Shown here in pieces: positions 46,858 through 55,502 of a stretch of DNA of 64,000 nucleotides; within the stretch, counting starts at the first letter, position 1; each line of letters starts with the position of its first letter. The stretch covers positions 1 through 64,000 of IMG/VR virus record IMGVR_UViG_3300032272_000005; one strand, 5' to 3'. The position numbers were made by a program, and so were the translations under genes. The notes beneath the pieces were generated by a model. It was not told where the DNA came from and did no database searches. It saw only the letters and a program-made list of their open reading frames with translations. The DNA is from a virus. Its lineage: Duplodnaviria; Caudoviricetes.

Positions 46858-47058
46858 TCATCGTTTACTCCATTCGTCCCAAGTCAATCCTTGGTGAGTT
46901 CGTTCGGCGTCTTCAATCGCCATTGTCTTGCCACAGGATGCACATTTGCATTCGTCGGGCACGGCTTCACCACTTTCACGGTAATATACATCAAGAAAGT
47001 CGTGCTTCCCGCATTTGATACAATCCATATCAGGGGCGTTATATGGTATCTCACCCAT
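46858..47058 (-). CDS. Zn-ribbon hypothetical protein
   Basis: CIKCG and CASCG; GGAG RBS. Confidence 0.55.
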   Translation of the reverse strand: MGEIPYNAPDMDCIKCGKHDFLDVYYRESGEAVPDECKCASCGKTMAIEDAERTHQGLTWDEWSKR

Positions 47059-47068
47059 TACTTTTCTC

Positions 47069-47464
47069 CTATAATCTATCGTTAGAAGCCCAGCCGATTT
47101 TAAACATCTGATCCATGTTTATCCTGCTTATATCCATAGTCGTGGCTTTGACTTGTTTTTCAAGTTCATCCAATCTCGCCCCGTGCATGTGGGATGGTCT
47201 ATTTTGTGTCTTTTGGTATTCGGCCTCGCATTGGCGTCTGAATGCTATGTATTCTTCCAAGATACTATAAACGTGGTTCACATTATCAGCCATGATTAAC
47301 ACATTGAAGCGGATACAGCCCTTTTCAGGTAGGCGGCAATGGTAAGGGTATTTCCCCGCTGTAAACGTGTAGGCACGTTCCTTGTTACCTGTCACCCATG
47401 CCCTACATGGATTGGCTACATAATCTTTCTGTGAAATGTCGTATGCTGGTTCACTAATCATCAT
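47069..47464 (-). CDS. Hypothetical protein
   Basis: ATGA overlap. Confidence 0.55.
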   Translation of the reverse strand: MMISEPAYDISQKDYVANPCRAWVTGNKERAYTFTAGKYPYHCRLPEKGCIRFNVLIMADNVNHVYSILEEYIAFRRQCEAEYQKTQNRPSHMHGARLDELEKQVKATTMDISRINMDQMFKIGWASNDRL

Positions 47465-47667
47465 TCACCCCCTTCAGGTGTAAAGTCTACTTCTGTCTGC
47501 AAGATCGCCACAGGCTCACCATGCATCTGCCTGTCATGCAGCCATTGCAGGGCCTCAATGTTTTTGCGCCAGTGGTTTATAAATCGTTTAAGCATTTGAT
47601 TTCTCCAAGTGATTGGTGGTGTAGGTCTAACATAATCCCCTGCAATTAGTTTGTCAACCCCCCCAAT

Positions 47668-47700
47668 AAAAAAACCCGTGGGGTTTGAGGCCACAGGTTT
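47668..47700 (-). terminator. Rho-independent terminator
   Basis: AAACCTGTGG-loop-CCACGGGTTT-TTT. Confidence 0.65.
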
Positions 47701-47722
47701 AATATTACAGTCAATTACGTTT

Positions 47723-48049
47723 TTAGCTGCCTGTAATATCAGGCAAGTATACAGGAAGATCAGAGACGTCGCTGGTTTTGATAGATGCCCCTGAAATACC
47801 TATACCAGTATTCAGTCGATGGATTGGGGCTTGGTCAGCACTTTGATAATTGTATGTGAGGTAAAACTTCACAAGTGCTGGGATTTGCAGGGCCACGACA
47901 TCAAAGTCAGGCAGTTCCGAATTCACGAGAACCACGGGGTCACTGATAAGGTGTAGATTGGGGTGATCAATTGCCATTGCCACTGCCGATAGGGGGGCAA
48001 GGGCCATGCCTACCGAAAGTGCTATAACTGTCATAAAGGTTTTACGCAT
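47723..48049 (-). CDS. Secreted/periplasmic hypothetical protein
   Basis: Signal peptide MRKTFMTVIALSVGMALAPLSAVA; own promoter (-35 at 48118-48123) and terminator. Confidence 0.6.
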   Translation of the reverse strand: MRKTFMTVIALSVGMALAPLSAVAMAIDHPNLHLISDPVVLVNSELPDFDVVALQIPALVKFYLTYNYQSADQAPIHRLNTGIGISGASIKTSDVSDLPVYLPDITGS

Positions 48050-48232
48050 TATATCTTCCTTTTGTATTTGTTATCTCAACTCATGTTGATCCCCTTTAAT
48101 AACACTTACAAATGATTTGTCAACCAAACTACTTGACATTAGATTTAAAATATCCCTATGATCTGATTGTCCAGAGGTGGACACCCCGAAAGGGTTTAGA
48201 TAGAAACTTAGATAACGAAAGAGAGGTCTGCA

Positions 48233-48556
48233 ATGCAGCCTACAGTAAACTTCAACTTAAAACATATGGCGAATGATGGGCGGGTTCATTACTGGACAGC
48301 CAAGAGTGTCACGATACACCCCCAATCTGGTTTTGATATGCGGGAAGTGCCACAAGGTGTACAGGTGCCTTCTGAGTGCGTCTCATTCGTGACTGGGGAT
48401 AATATTGAGTGTACCATCGACACAGGTATAGTTTATATCCTGAATATGGATGGTAAAAATATCGACAAGGTGAACCTGCCAGTTGATGCTCATGGCAACA
48501 ATGAGAGTGACTGGATCACCAAGGGCAAACTAGACGGTGCCTATAAACCTACCTAA
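48233..48556 (+). CDS. Hypothetical protein; the only convincing plus-strand gene
   Basis: TTGACA-N18-TATGAT promoter (48133-48162), GAGAGG RBS, followed by a bidirectional hairpin. Confidence 0.7.
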   Translation: MQPTVNFNLKHMANDGRVHYWTAKSVTIHPQSGFDMREVPQGVQVPSECVSFVTGDNIECTIDTGIVYILNMDGKNIDKVNLPVDAHGNNESDWITKGKLDGAYKPT

Positions 48557-48560
48557 CTAA

Positions 48561-48593
48561 TTAGGGGAAGCGGTTATGGATTGCTTCCCCTAA
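48561..48593. terminator. Bidirectional terminator hairpin between converging genes
   Basis: TTAGGGGAAGC-N11-GCTTCCCCTAA. Confidence 0.75.
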
Positions 48594-48605
48594 ATGATCT
48601 TGAGA

Positions 48606-49037
48606 TCACTCGGCTATCTGTAATGAAACCCACTTGAACATTTCGGCACGCAGTTCTGCCATTGTATGCATCCCTGTGAAATGGTTTGTGCTTTCCCAAT
48701 CTCCAGCATAGGTGTGCATTTCACAACTTCCATCAGCCTCGAAATGTATCAGGATAATCAATCCGTCGATCCGCCACAGTTCTTCAGGGCAACCACATTC
48801 ATCACTGGGCAAGCGTGCAAGTAATTCTATAGGGGCTGCACCGCCTGTCGGGGTGGCTTTGTAATTAACCCGTATGCATTCCAGTTCAGACACACCAGCG
48901 GGGCTTATATACGCCCTCTGTTTATTTGCGGGGTATGGGGTGGCTGGGCAAGGAAGTGTCGGAGAGCATTTCTCACAGTGCTGTTTTATGTGGATACCAT
49001 GTTTACATTTTAGCATCAGCGTCTCCCCCATAACCAT
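48606..49037 (-). CDS. Hypothetical protein
   Basis: CKHG.H...HC.KC N-terminus. Confidence 0.5.
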   Translation of the reverse strand: MVMGETLMLKCKHGIHIKQHCEKCSPTLPCPATPYPANKQRAYISPAGVSELECIRVNYKATPTGGAAPIELLARLPSDECGCPEELWRIDGLIILIHFEADGSCEMHTYAGDWESTNHFTGMHTMAELRAEMFKWVSLQIAE

Positions 49038-49300
49038 GGGCGGAAGGTGACGTGGTTGTTTGCCGCCCCGCGCCCCAGTGCCTTACGAATGCGGGTCAGG
49101 GTGTGTGCTGCCCATCTGTGTAACGGGTTATGAATGTTTTTCATCGGTCTTTCCTTTTTTCGTTTCGGGCCTCGCCCCCCACATACCCCATATAACTATG
49201 GTGCAAGGGCCTTACGAGATACTTTCGATTTGTATTGTGGGCAATTATTCAGTTACTCTATTATTCCCTATTACTCCTTTATATTATCTCTCTGAGTTTA

Positions 49301-50317
49301 TTATGTATTTTCATCCGCCGATTTCAAAAATTTGCCCCAGAAAAATACGGTAGGTCGCTTGGGTTCACTGACCATATTGTACCCCCCTGTGATCTTGAGA
49401 TCACTGATCACGTTTTGCATATTCTTTAGGGCCATACGGGGATGCCTGGTTTTTTCTGCCAAGGTCTGAAGCCGTATTGCTTCCTTGTTTAGTTCCCGCA
49501 CCAGTCGATCCGTGATGTCTGGGAATAGATCATACATCTTAGTTTTCCTTTAGGTATACCGCCAGTGCAGCTTTACCTTCCTCGGATACCGCGAACCCAG
49601 CCGTTCCTAAGAAATCTCGCAGATGGTGCCAGTGTGGATTGGCTTTCATAGCTTTGGCAGTTTCACAATCTTCTTCGATCCCAAAGAAATTGCGGGTTAC
49701 TTCACCGCATGGATCGTTAGGACGCCCTAGAGCATGATCCATATCATCCATGTGACTGTCTTTTAAACTTCGGTTATTCATGAGAAGTGTCCTTTGGTTC
49801 GGGTGTGTCGGATATAATCCTGTTGAGTTCTGGGTACTCCCTGCACACCAATAATTTTGAAAATCGTAAGGCTCGGAACTGTGTTGAAGATGTTACCTTA
49901 TCTTCCAGTTCTTTTAGACCCGCCAAAATTTCCCGCGCTGTTGTATCATCATGTGCCATTGGGTTTTCCTCTCAAGGCGTTTCTAGCAGCAGCATAATCT
50001 TCCATGAGAATATACGGCGTGCTTACCATATTGCAGGTTTTATGGGTCTTGGTAATATCGAAGCCATATGCGGCTATGGTTTTCTCCAGTGCCCTGACGA
50101 ATGGTTCTAACGCCGCTTCCAGTTGTTCAACATGGGTGGCAACCTCTTTCAGATACTCGGCGGATAGTGGATCACCTGCGTAATCAATAGCGTCTGCCAT
50201 TTCTCTTATTTTGTCAGGTGAGGTGTTCATCGTGTAGCCCCCGCATAATAGTACCAGATACCGTTTACTTGACGACGGTATAGATCGGAGTTCTTGAACC
50301 CACCCCGTTCTTCCCAT
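49301..50317 (-). other. Run of 4 small hypothetical ORFs (49301-49537, 49539-49781, 49774-49959, 49949-~50230)
   Basis: Tight packing. Confidence 0.5.
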
Positions 50318-50351
50318 TGTCGCTTGGTTATTTTGTAGCGTCTCGGTGTAT

Positions 50352-51596
50352 TCATTTTTTCCTGTCTTTCTTTTTCTTTTTCGATTGTAGATTGTTGCCT
50401 TTTATTGCGGCGGCTATGTTATGCGCTATGGACTTCTTCACAACTTTGGTTTGTTCTTGGGTCAGTTCCCCAAAGAAGTGGGCTTTGCCTTTTTTAGATG
50501 GTACAGTGTGGTGAGTGATTACAGGATTTGTGGCTGTGGGTGCATCTAAGATAGATACTTCTTTTACTTCTTGTTTCTTGAGTTTTTTGGCAGCGGCTTC
50601 CTCAACCATCTTCAGATAGGATGCTGATACAAGCTTCAGGGGCTTCTTTATCGGTGCGGTTTTGGCCTCGAATGTGCCATTACTATTTTGCTCTTGTTTA
50701 ATCAGCAGATCAGCATGGAATGCCTCGGCTTCATGTTGCTTCTGGAACGTGGTCAATACCCCACCATGCGAGACTTGGTAAACAGTCTTCCCACTAACAT
50801 TTTCCACATGAGAAATACCTATACGGGGTATAGGTTTCTTCTTAAACTTTTTCGTCACCCAACTTGTAATTAGTTGCCCATCAGATGCGTAGGTTTCGAC
50901 TGGGTATTTTCCTTCAAATTCATTAGCCCATTCTTTGATAGTATATGGTGCTTCGGGTTTCCCGATCCAATAACCCAGATCATTGTATCCTTGGGGCGGT
51001 GCTTGGTTGTCGGGTGTTGGTGCTATCTTGGTATGCTTCTCATAGTTACTACCTGTGATAGTGCCCCCCGAATAAACCTTTTTACCAGTGACTTTCACCC
51101 CCGCCTTTTTATCCCATATGAATTTCTTCAAAGCCACGCCTTCGCCCTTGGGTATTTCTTGAATGTTAGGCTTGGATTGTTTGTGGGTGTTGATCGGCCC
51201 CAGATCACTATCGGGTAATTCAAATGCCCCATGTATCATTTTATTTTCTATATTAGCCAAGACTTTGTTCGTGATCTTAGTGGTGTCAATGTTTATGGAA
51301 AAGGGCTTTGGTTTACCCCCATACTTCTCGTGGAAGGAGATGTCTTTATAGCTTTTCTTAGCATTTTCTACATCTTTGGATGAGATTACATCCCCTTCAA
51401 CATCCAAGAAATAACCAAGAGTGTCGTGGTACTCTGTAACCCGCATTTCTACGGTTACTATTTCACACATGGCTAAACATGTAGGGCAAGGGTGGTAATC
51501 TGAACAATTATCCGCGTCAATATCACAATGTGATCTGAGCAGTAGTACATTTTCGGTTTTCAGAAACCCGTCTAAGTGTTTGGGTATTTTAATCAT
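50352..51596 (-). CDS. Lys-rich hypothetical protein with an N-terminal Cys cluster
   Basis: HC....C.DYHPC.TCLAMC; promoter 51648-51676 with a palindrome in the 5' UTR. Confidence 0.65.
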   Translation of the reverse strand: MIKIPKHLDGFLKTENVLLLRSHCDIDADNCSDYHPCPTCLAMCEIVTVEMRVTEYHDTLGYFLDVEGDVISSKDVENAKKSYKDISFHEKYGGKPKPFSINIDTTKITNKVLANIENKMIHGAFELPDSDLGPINTHKQSKPNIQEIPKGEGVALKKFIWDKKAGVKVTGKKVYSGGTITGSNYEKHTKIAPTPDNQAPPQGYNDLGYWIGKPEAPYTIKEWANEFEGKYPVETYASDGQLITSWVTKKFKKKPIPRIGISHVENVSGKTVYQVSHGGVLTTFQKQHEAEAFHADLLIKQEQNSNGTFEAKTAPIKKPLKLVSASYLKMVEEAAAKKLKKQEVKEVSILDAPTATNPVITHHTVPSKKGKAHFFGELTQEQTKVVKKSIAHNIAAAIKGNNLQSKKKKKDRKK

Positions 51597-51679
51597 GCTA
51601 TTCCAAGTGATCTCAAGATCATCGCCTTGTATTTGGTGTATAGCTTTATGGTATTACCCTAACAATGGTTTGTCAACCC

Positions 51680-53293
51680 CTAGAATGTGGCTTCCCGTAA
51701 GTGATTGACTTCATACATAAACTTGGCTTGTGTTGGGTTGTCGGCTTTCACAATAGAGGACACTTCTGGCAAATCATCAATACCAATTCTATCCAGTTTC
51801 AGGACGTCCCCTTGGCCTTGCAACACGGCGCGGTAAACTGGAATATCTCCCGTTGTATCTACTCCGATAATACGCAGTTGTGATCCGCGCGGCAGTATCA
51901 ATTCTAACTCGGCGTGAAGTTGGGATGCTGGGAATGCTGGTAGGACTTTCTGTCCCGTGCCAATTTGTATCTGTAACAAAGCCCCTCCAGCCGTGAAGTC
52001 AGATGCAACCTCGGCTGATAAGGACGTGGACATGAAGGCATCGTCTTGGAAGATTTTACCAACTTTAAATTTCTCCGCCACATTCGCGGTCACGCCCCGA
52101 TAGGCGTAGGTCACGTTTGGCGCAGTTGATGCCCCCCGTTCCAGCATTTCCTCTATGGTCTTTGCTGTGGCTAATCCATCGGGTTTCAGAACAGCATTGG
52201 TTCTCATAGCATCATTGATCTGATTGAATGAAAAGCCCGTGTAGTTTTGTAAGTTGCCAAGGTCAGGGTGGAAATCGTCGCCTGATCGTAATGCTGTTTC
52301 GAACAGTTTATCCAGATCGGGTTCATTAAATACCTTACGCGCCTGTCTTTCATATCGCGGCTGCATCACCCGAACAGCCGCAGCCGTTTGGTCGAGCGTC
52401 GGGAAGTCAGACCATGCTACTGGATCATAACTGGCGTCTTTGGATATGAGTGTCACAACCGTTCTGCAAAGGAAGTGGAAGGGTGGTGTATCGAACCCGC
52501 GCGCTTGCAATTCTTCATCACTCAGTTCCATCAACTTTTCGATCTCATGGGACAGTTGCGGTGGGAATGGTGCTTCTCGTTTCTGTGTATCTGGATCAGT
52601 GATTGCCAACACTTTGCCGCTTCGGTTGAATGCGGTTTCTACATCGAATATTTTACCGTCAAGGTTCTTGCAGATTTCCGTTGTATTGGTGTCGTGAACC
52701 GCGTCCAGTCGATACTGGGATATGCCCCTGACACGGGCTTCATAATACATGCCATGCGCTGCCACACGGGTGCCTGTCACATTAGCTGAAACATTCACCA
52801 CCCGACGTATCTCGCCCCGTAGGAATTTGTTTATGTCGGTTGCCAGTTTTGCAGGATCAATGCCCTCGGCCTTCTGGAAGGTGCTGGACGCCACTATGCG
52901 CCGTTCCAATGTCCTGCGCGTATTCTTCTCCAAGCCCTTCAGTACCCCGTTTAAAATCACTGTCACGGCTGATTTGTCCACTTCGGCGGGGAATGGTGCA
53001 CCAGATGCGAAGATTGTGTTCTTTGGTTTGTCGATTGCACCCGCGCCAGTCAGGGCTGTTGCCCGTGTAAAAGCTAACACCCGTGATCTCGATAAAGAGA
53101 TTGCGTCTTTGAATATCAGTTCACGGGTGAGTTGTTGGGCTTCCTGAAAATCCCCATCAGACAAGGCTTTAGAGATTGCATCCGTTTGAGACTTCATTGC
53201 CTTGCTCATAACGGTCTGCATTTCAGACGAAAGTTGGTCAGCCAGTGCCGTTAGCGTTTGACTGATATCTTTGGCTTTCAGGGGGGTATTCAT
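51680..53293 (-). CDS. MuF (SPP1 gp7/Mu gpF) head protein fused to a VIP2-like ADP-ribosyltransferase
   Basis: MuF: AV.D..TT.IC..LDG and PPFHFLCRT. ART: Y.....IN..., YRG, FMSTS and E-L-E.ILPRG (R-S-E triad). Confidence 0.88.
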   Translation of the reverse strand: MNTPLKAKDISQTLTALADQLSSEMQTVMSKAMKSQTDAISKALSDGDFQEAQQLTRELIFKDAISLSRSRVLAFTRATALTGAGAIDKPKNTIFASGAPFPAEVDKSAVTVILNGVLKGLEKNTRRTLERRIVASSTFQKAEGIDPAKLATDINKFLRGEIRRVVNVSANVTGTRVAAHGMYYEARVRGISQYRLDAVHDTNTTEICKNLDGKIFDVETAFNRSGKVLAITDPDTQKREAPFPPQLSHEIEKLMELSDEELQARGFDTPPFHFLCRTVVTLISKDASYDPVAWSDFPTLDQTAAAVRVMQPRYERQARKVFNEPDLDKLFETALRSGDDFHPDLGNLQNYTGFSFNQINDAMRTNAVLKPDGLATAKTIEEMLERGASTAPNVTYAYRGVTANVAEKFKVGKIFQDDAFMSTSLSAEVASDFTAGGALLQIQIGTGQKVLPAFPASQLHAELELILPRGSQLRIIGVDTTGDIPVYRAVLQGQGDVLKLDRIGIDDLPEVSSIVKADNPTQAKFMYEVNHLREATF

Positions 53294-53298
53294 AGGGA

Positions 53299-53559
53299 TT
53301 ACCCTTGGATTGCCCTGATACCTGCAATAAAGCGGCGGGTATCACATAGAGTTACACCATCTTCTTTTAACAGCTTATTCATGTTGGTTGTTGACAGGAT
53401 CGCTTTGTAGATTTTTCCATCCCGTGAAACATACTGTGTAGGGCGAATGATCCGCGCGTCTTTCATGGAGGCGACAAGTTCACTTTGATCTGCACAGATT
53501 GCCATTTGTTGCGTGCCGTGGTTCCCCGCTGGAACCTTCTCTTGGTTTACATAAATCAT
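53299..53559 (-). CDS. Hypothetical protein between portal and MuF
   Basis: ATGA overlap with the portal gene. Confidence 0.6.
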   Translation of the reverse strand: MIYVNQEKVPAGNHGTQQMAICADQSELVASMKDARIIRPTQYVSRDGKIYKAILSTTNMNKLLKEDGVTLCDTRRFIAGIRAIQG

Positions 53560-55502
53560 AGGGAATAATCCTTCATTTCAGTACGCCGCTTGGCGTCGTT
53601 AAAGGCAGCTTTCGCATAGCCAGCAGATACCTCATTGGAAGCCGCTTCGACTAGGAACGGTGACGTATACATCAAGCGGGAAAGAATTTGCTCTACCCCG
53701 TCCTGATCGTCTGGAACCATTTCATCAAACTCTTTTTCAAGGGTCAGTAATTGTGTCAGACATGCCTCGGATGGGTTGTCTTCATAATCGCGTATGCATC
53801 TTTGCATTTTGGACGCCAGAACTTTAATGGCTTTTTGGGTTGCCCCTGCCGCGCCTTGCTCACCTTCATTGATCGGGGGTCGTGGGGTTATGCCTTGCCC
53901 CGTGCCTTCACCTGCTGGTGCTTCAGCTTGTGGTGTGATCAAGGTTTCTTTGAATTCCTCTGCCACTTTGATGTCAAGACTTGCAATCGTTGCCAGTTGG
54001 TCAACCCACTCTGACAAAGAAATACCTTCAGTTCTTTGCAACATTGAAAGTGCACGCAATTGTAGGTTCACGTCGTTCACTGTAAGCGGATTAGATACGA
54101 ATTTGAAAATACCTTTGGGATCAATTTCTCGCATGAAACTCATGTTGTAGCGTTCGTCTTCCTCAGTCCGTTCGGGTGCGAATACCTGTGCCTCGGCAAC
54201 CACGTAGGATGCGTGTGCTGTGGCGAAGTTATAACTATCAGATGCGCCCAAGAATATCGAAGGCATACGGAAAGAACGGCGTATCCGCAATTCATTACGC
54301 TCATCATATTTTTCGAAGGTACTGTCAGCGTCATTGGCCCCGAACTTTTCGACTTTCACTGTCGCGGCTTTCTCGCTGTCGAGATTACCAGACGCAGGAA
54401 CTTCAACAGCCACCCCACGTTGCTTCTTAGAAGATTGCCCACCCAGATATGAGTTCAGTGTCTTGGCTACTTCCTCAGATACAATACCGCCTGAGATAAA
54501 TACGATAACGGGTGGTACACCCCCACTGTGGAAGAATGCCAGATTGTGTTCTTCCGCCATACGTGATCCCAGAACCGACGGTAGCTGCGTGATCCAACGT
54601 GGCATACCATAAGGTGAGCGCACGTCTTCAATGTCTTTGTCGTGTACTATGGAATGTGCCCGACGCGCGGCTGGTAACTTCTCACCCTCTTTGGCCCATT
54701 CACCAGTTACGCGGTCAAGATCACGACTTGCACCATACTCTTTGTAGTAAATCAGCTTAGTGCCAATCTTCTGCACAAAACGGCGTTCTGCCCTCATAGT
54801 TTTTAGTTCAACTTCTTTACCACCCCGCATTACTTTCACAGTGACAGGTACGGCTGCATCCAGTTTCACCAGACGCATTGATTTGGACGGGGCACGACGC
54901 AAGAACGCCAAATCACCCGTCATAGTATGTTCAAAGACTTTGTAACTGTTGCCCGTGTGGTGTAGATCGCGGCGTAATTCTTTACGGGTTTTCATAAAGG
55001 ACTTGCGCGGAAATACCTCGGCCAAAAATTCTTCGATGTTTTCTTGTATAATTTTTTCTTCATCAGACAGATCAATGTTGTTGCTGTCTTTGGGTAAGAT
55101 TTTATACCCTGTCCCTGAGATATTTGTGATCATGGCTGCAATACAGGGTTCAAGTGTGTTGTTCTCAGACACCAAGCGTTCCAGCCGTTCAGGGGCTATT
55201 GGGGGTGCCAGCAAAGATGGCCCCGCGCTTATCCGAATGTAGTCATGGAAAAATTGGTCTTCCTGATCCAACAGTGTGGCGGATATATCCCCCCCAGTTG
55301 CGAGTTCTTTCCTGAACTTAGCGGCCTGTTTTGGGTCAAGATGGCTTTCGGCTTCTTTGGCCAATTCTTCACGGGTAAGCCCCGTCAATGCTGTCATGGC
55401 TAGGACACCATAATTGTGTCGGCCCCCATCTTCGGCTTTGAATACGTTTTGATTATCGCCTGTCAAGACGCGGCCTTTCGGGGGTTCTGTTTTCTTTGCC
55501 AT
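53556..55502 (-). CDS. Portal protein (PBSX/XkdE-like)
   Basis: YGMPRWI, N..FF..GGVP...I.ISGG, I.R.FR.P...LG....YN.ATA. Confidence 0.9.
   Translation of the reverse strand: MAKKTEPPKGRVLTGDNQNVFKAEDGGRHNYGVLAMTALTGLTREELAKEAESHLDPKQAAKFRKELATGGDISATLLDQEDQFFHDYIRISAGPSLLAPPIAPERLERLVSENNTLEPCIAAMITNISGTGYKILPKDSNNIDLSDEEKIIQENIEEFLAEVFPRKSFMKTRKELRRDLHHTGNSYKVFEHTMTGDLAFLRRAPSKSMRLVKLDAAVPVTVKVMRGGKEVELKTMRAERRFVQKIGTKLIYYKEYGASRDLDRVTGEWAKEGEKLPAARRAHSIVHDKDIEDVRSPYGMPRWITQLPSVLGSRMAEEHNLAFFHSGGVPPVIVFISGGIVSEEVAKTLNSYLGGQSSKKQRGVAVEVPASGNLDSEKAATVKVEKFGANDADSTFEKYDERNELRIRRSFRMPSIFLGASDSYNFATAHASYVVAEAQVFAPERTEEDERYNMSFMREIDPKGIFKFVSNPLTVNDVNLQLRALSMLQRTEGISLSEWVDQLATIASLDIKVAEEFKETLITPQAEAPAGEGTGQGITPRPPINEGEQGAAGATQKAIKVLASKMQRCIRDYEDNPSEACLTQLLTLEKEFDEMVPDDQDGVEQILSRLMYTSPFLVEAASNEVSAGYAKAAFNDAKRRTEMKDYSL

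Noticed and set aside
48163-48232. Hammerhead or c-di-GMP riboswitch in the plus-strand leader
   Set aside because: It lacks the CUGANGA core and the GEMM P1/P2 signature; kept only as an unclassified structured leader.
49060-49429. Plus-strand ORFs 49060-49353 and 49235-49429
   Set aside because: Low-complexity AT-rich sequence with no RBS; a minus-strand promoter and small ORF explain the region better.
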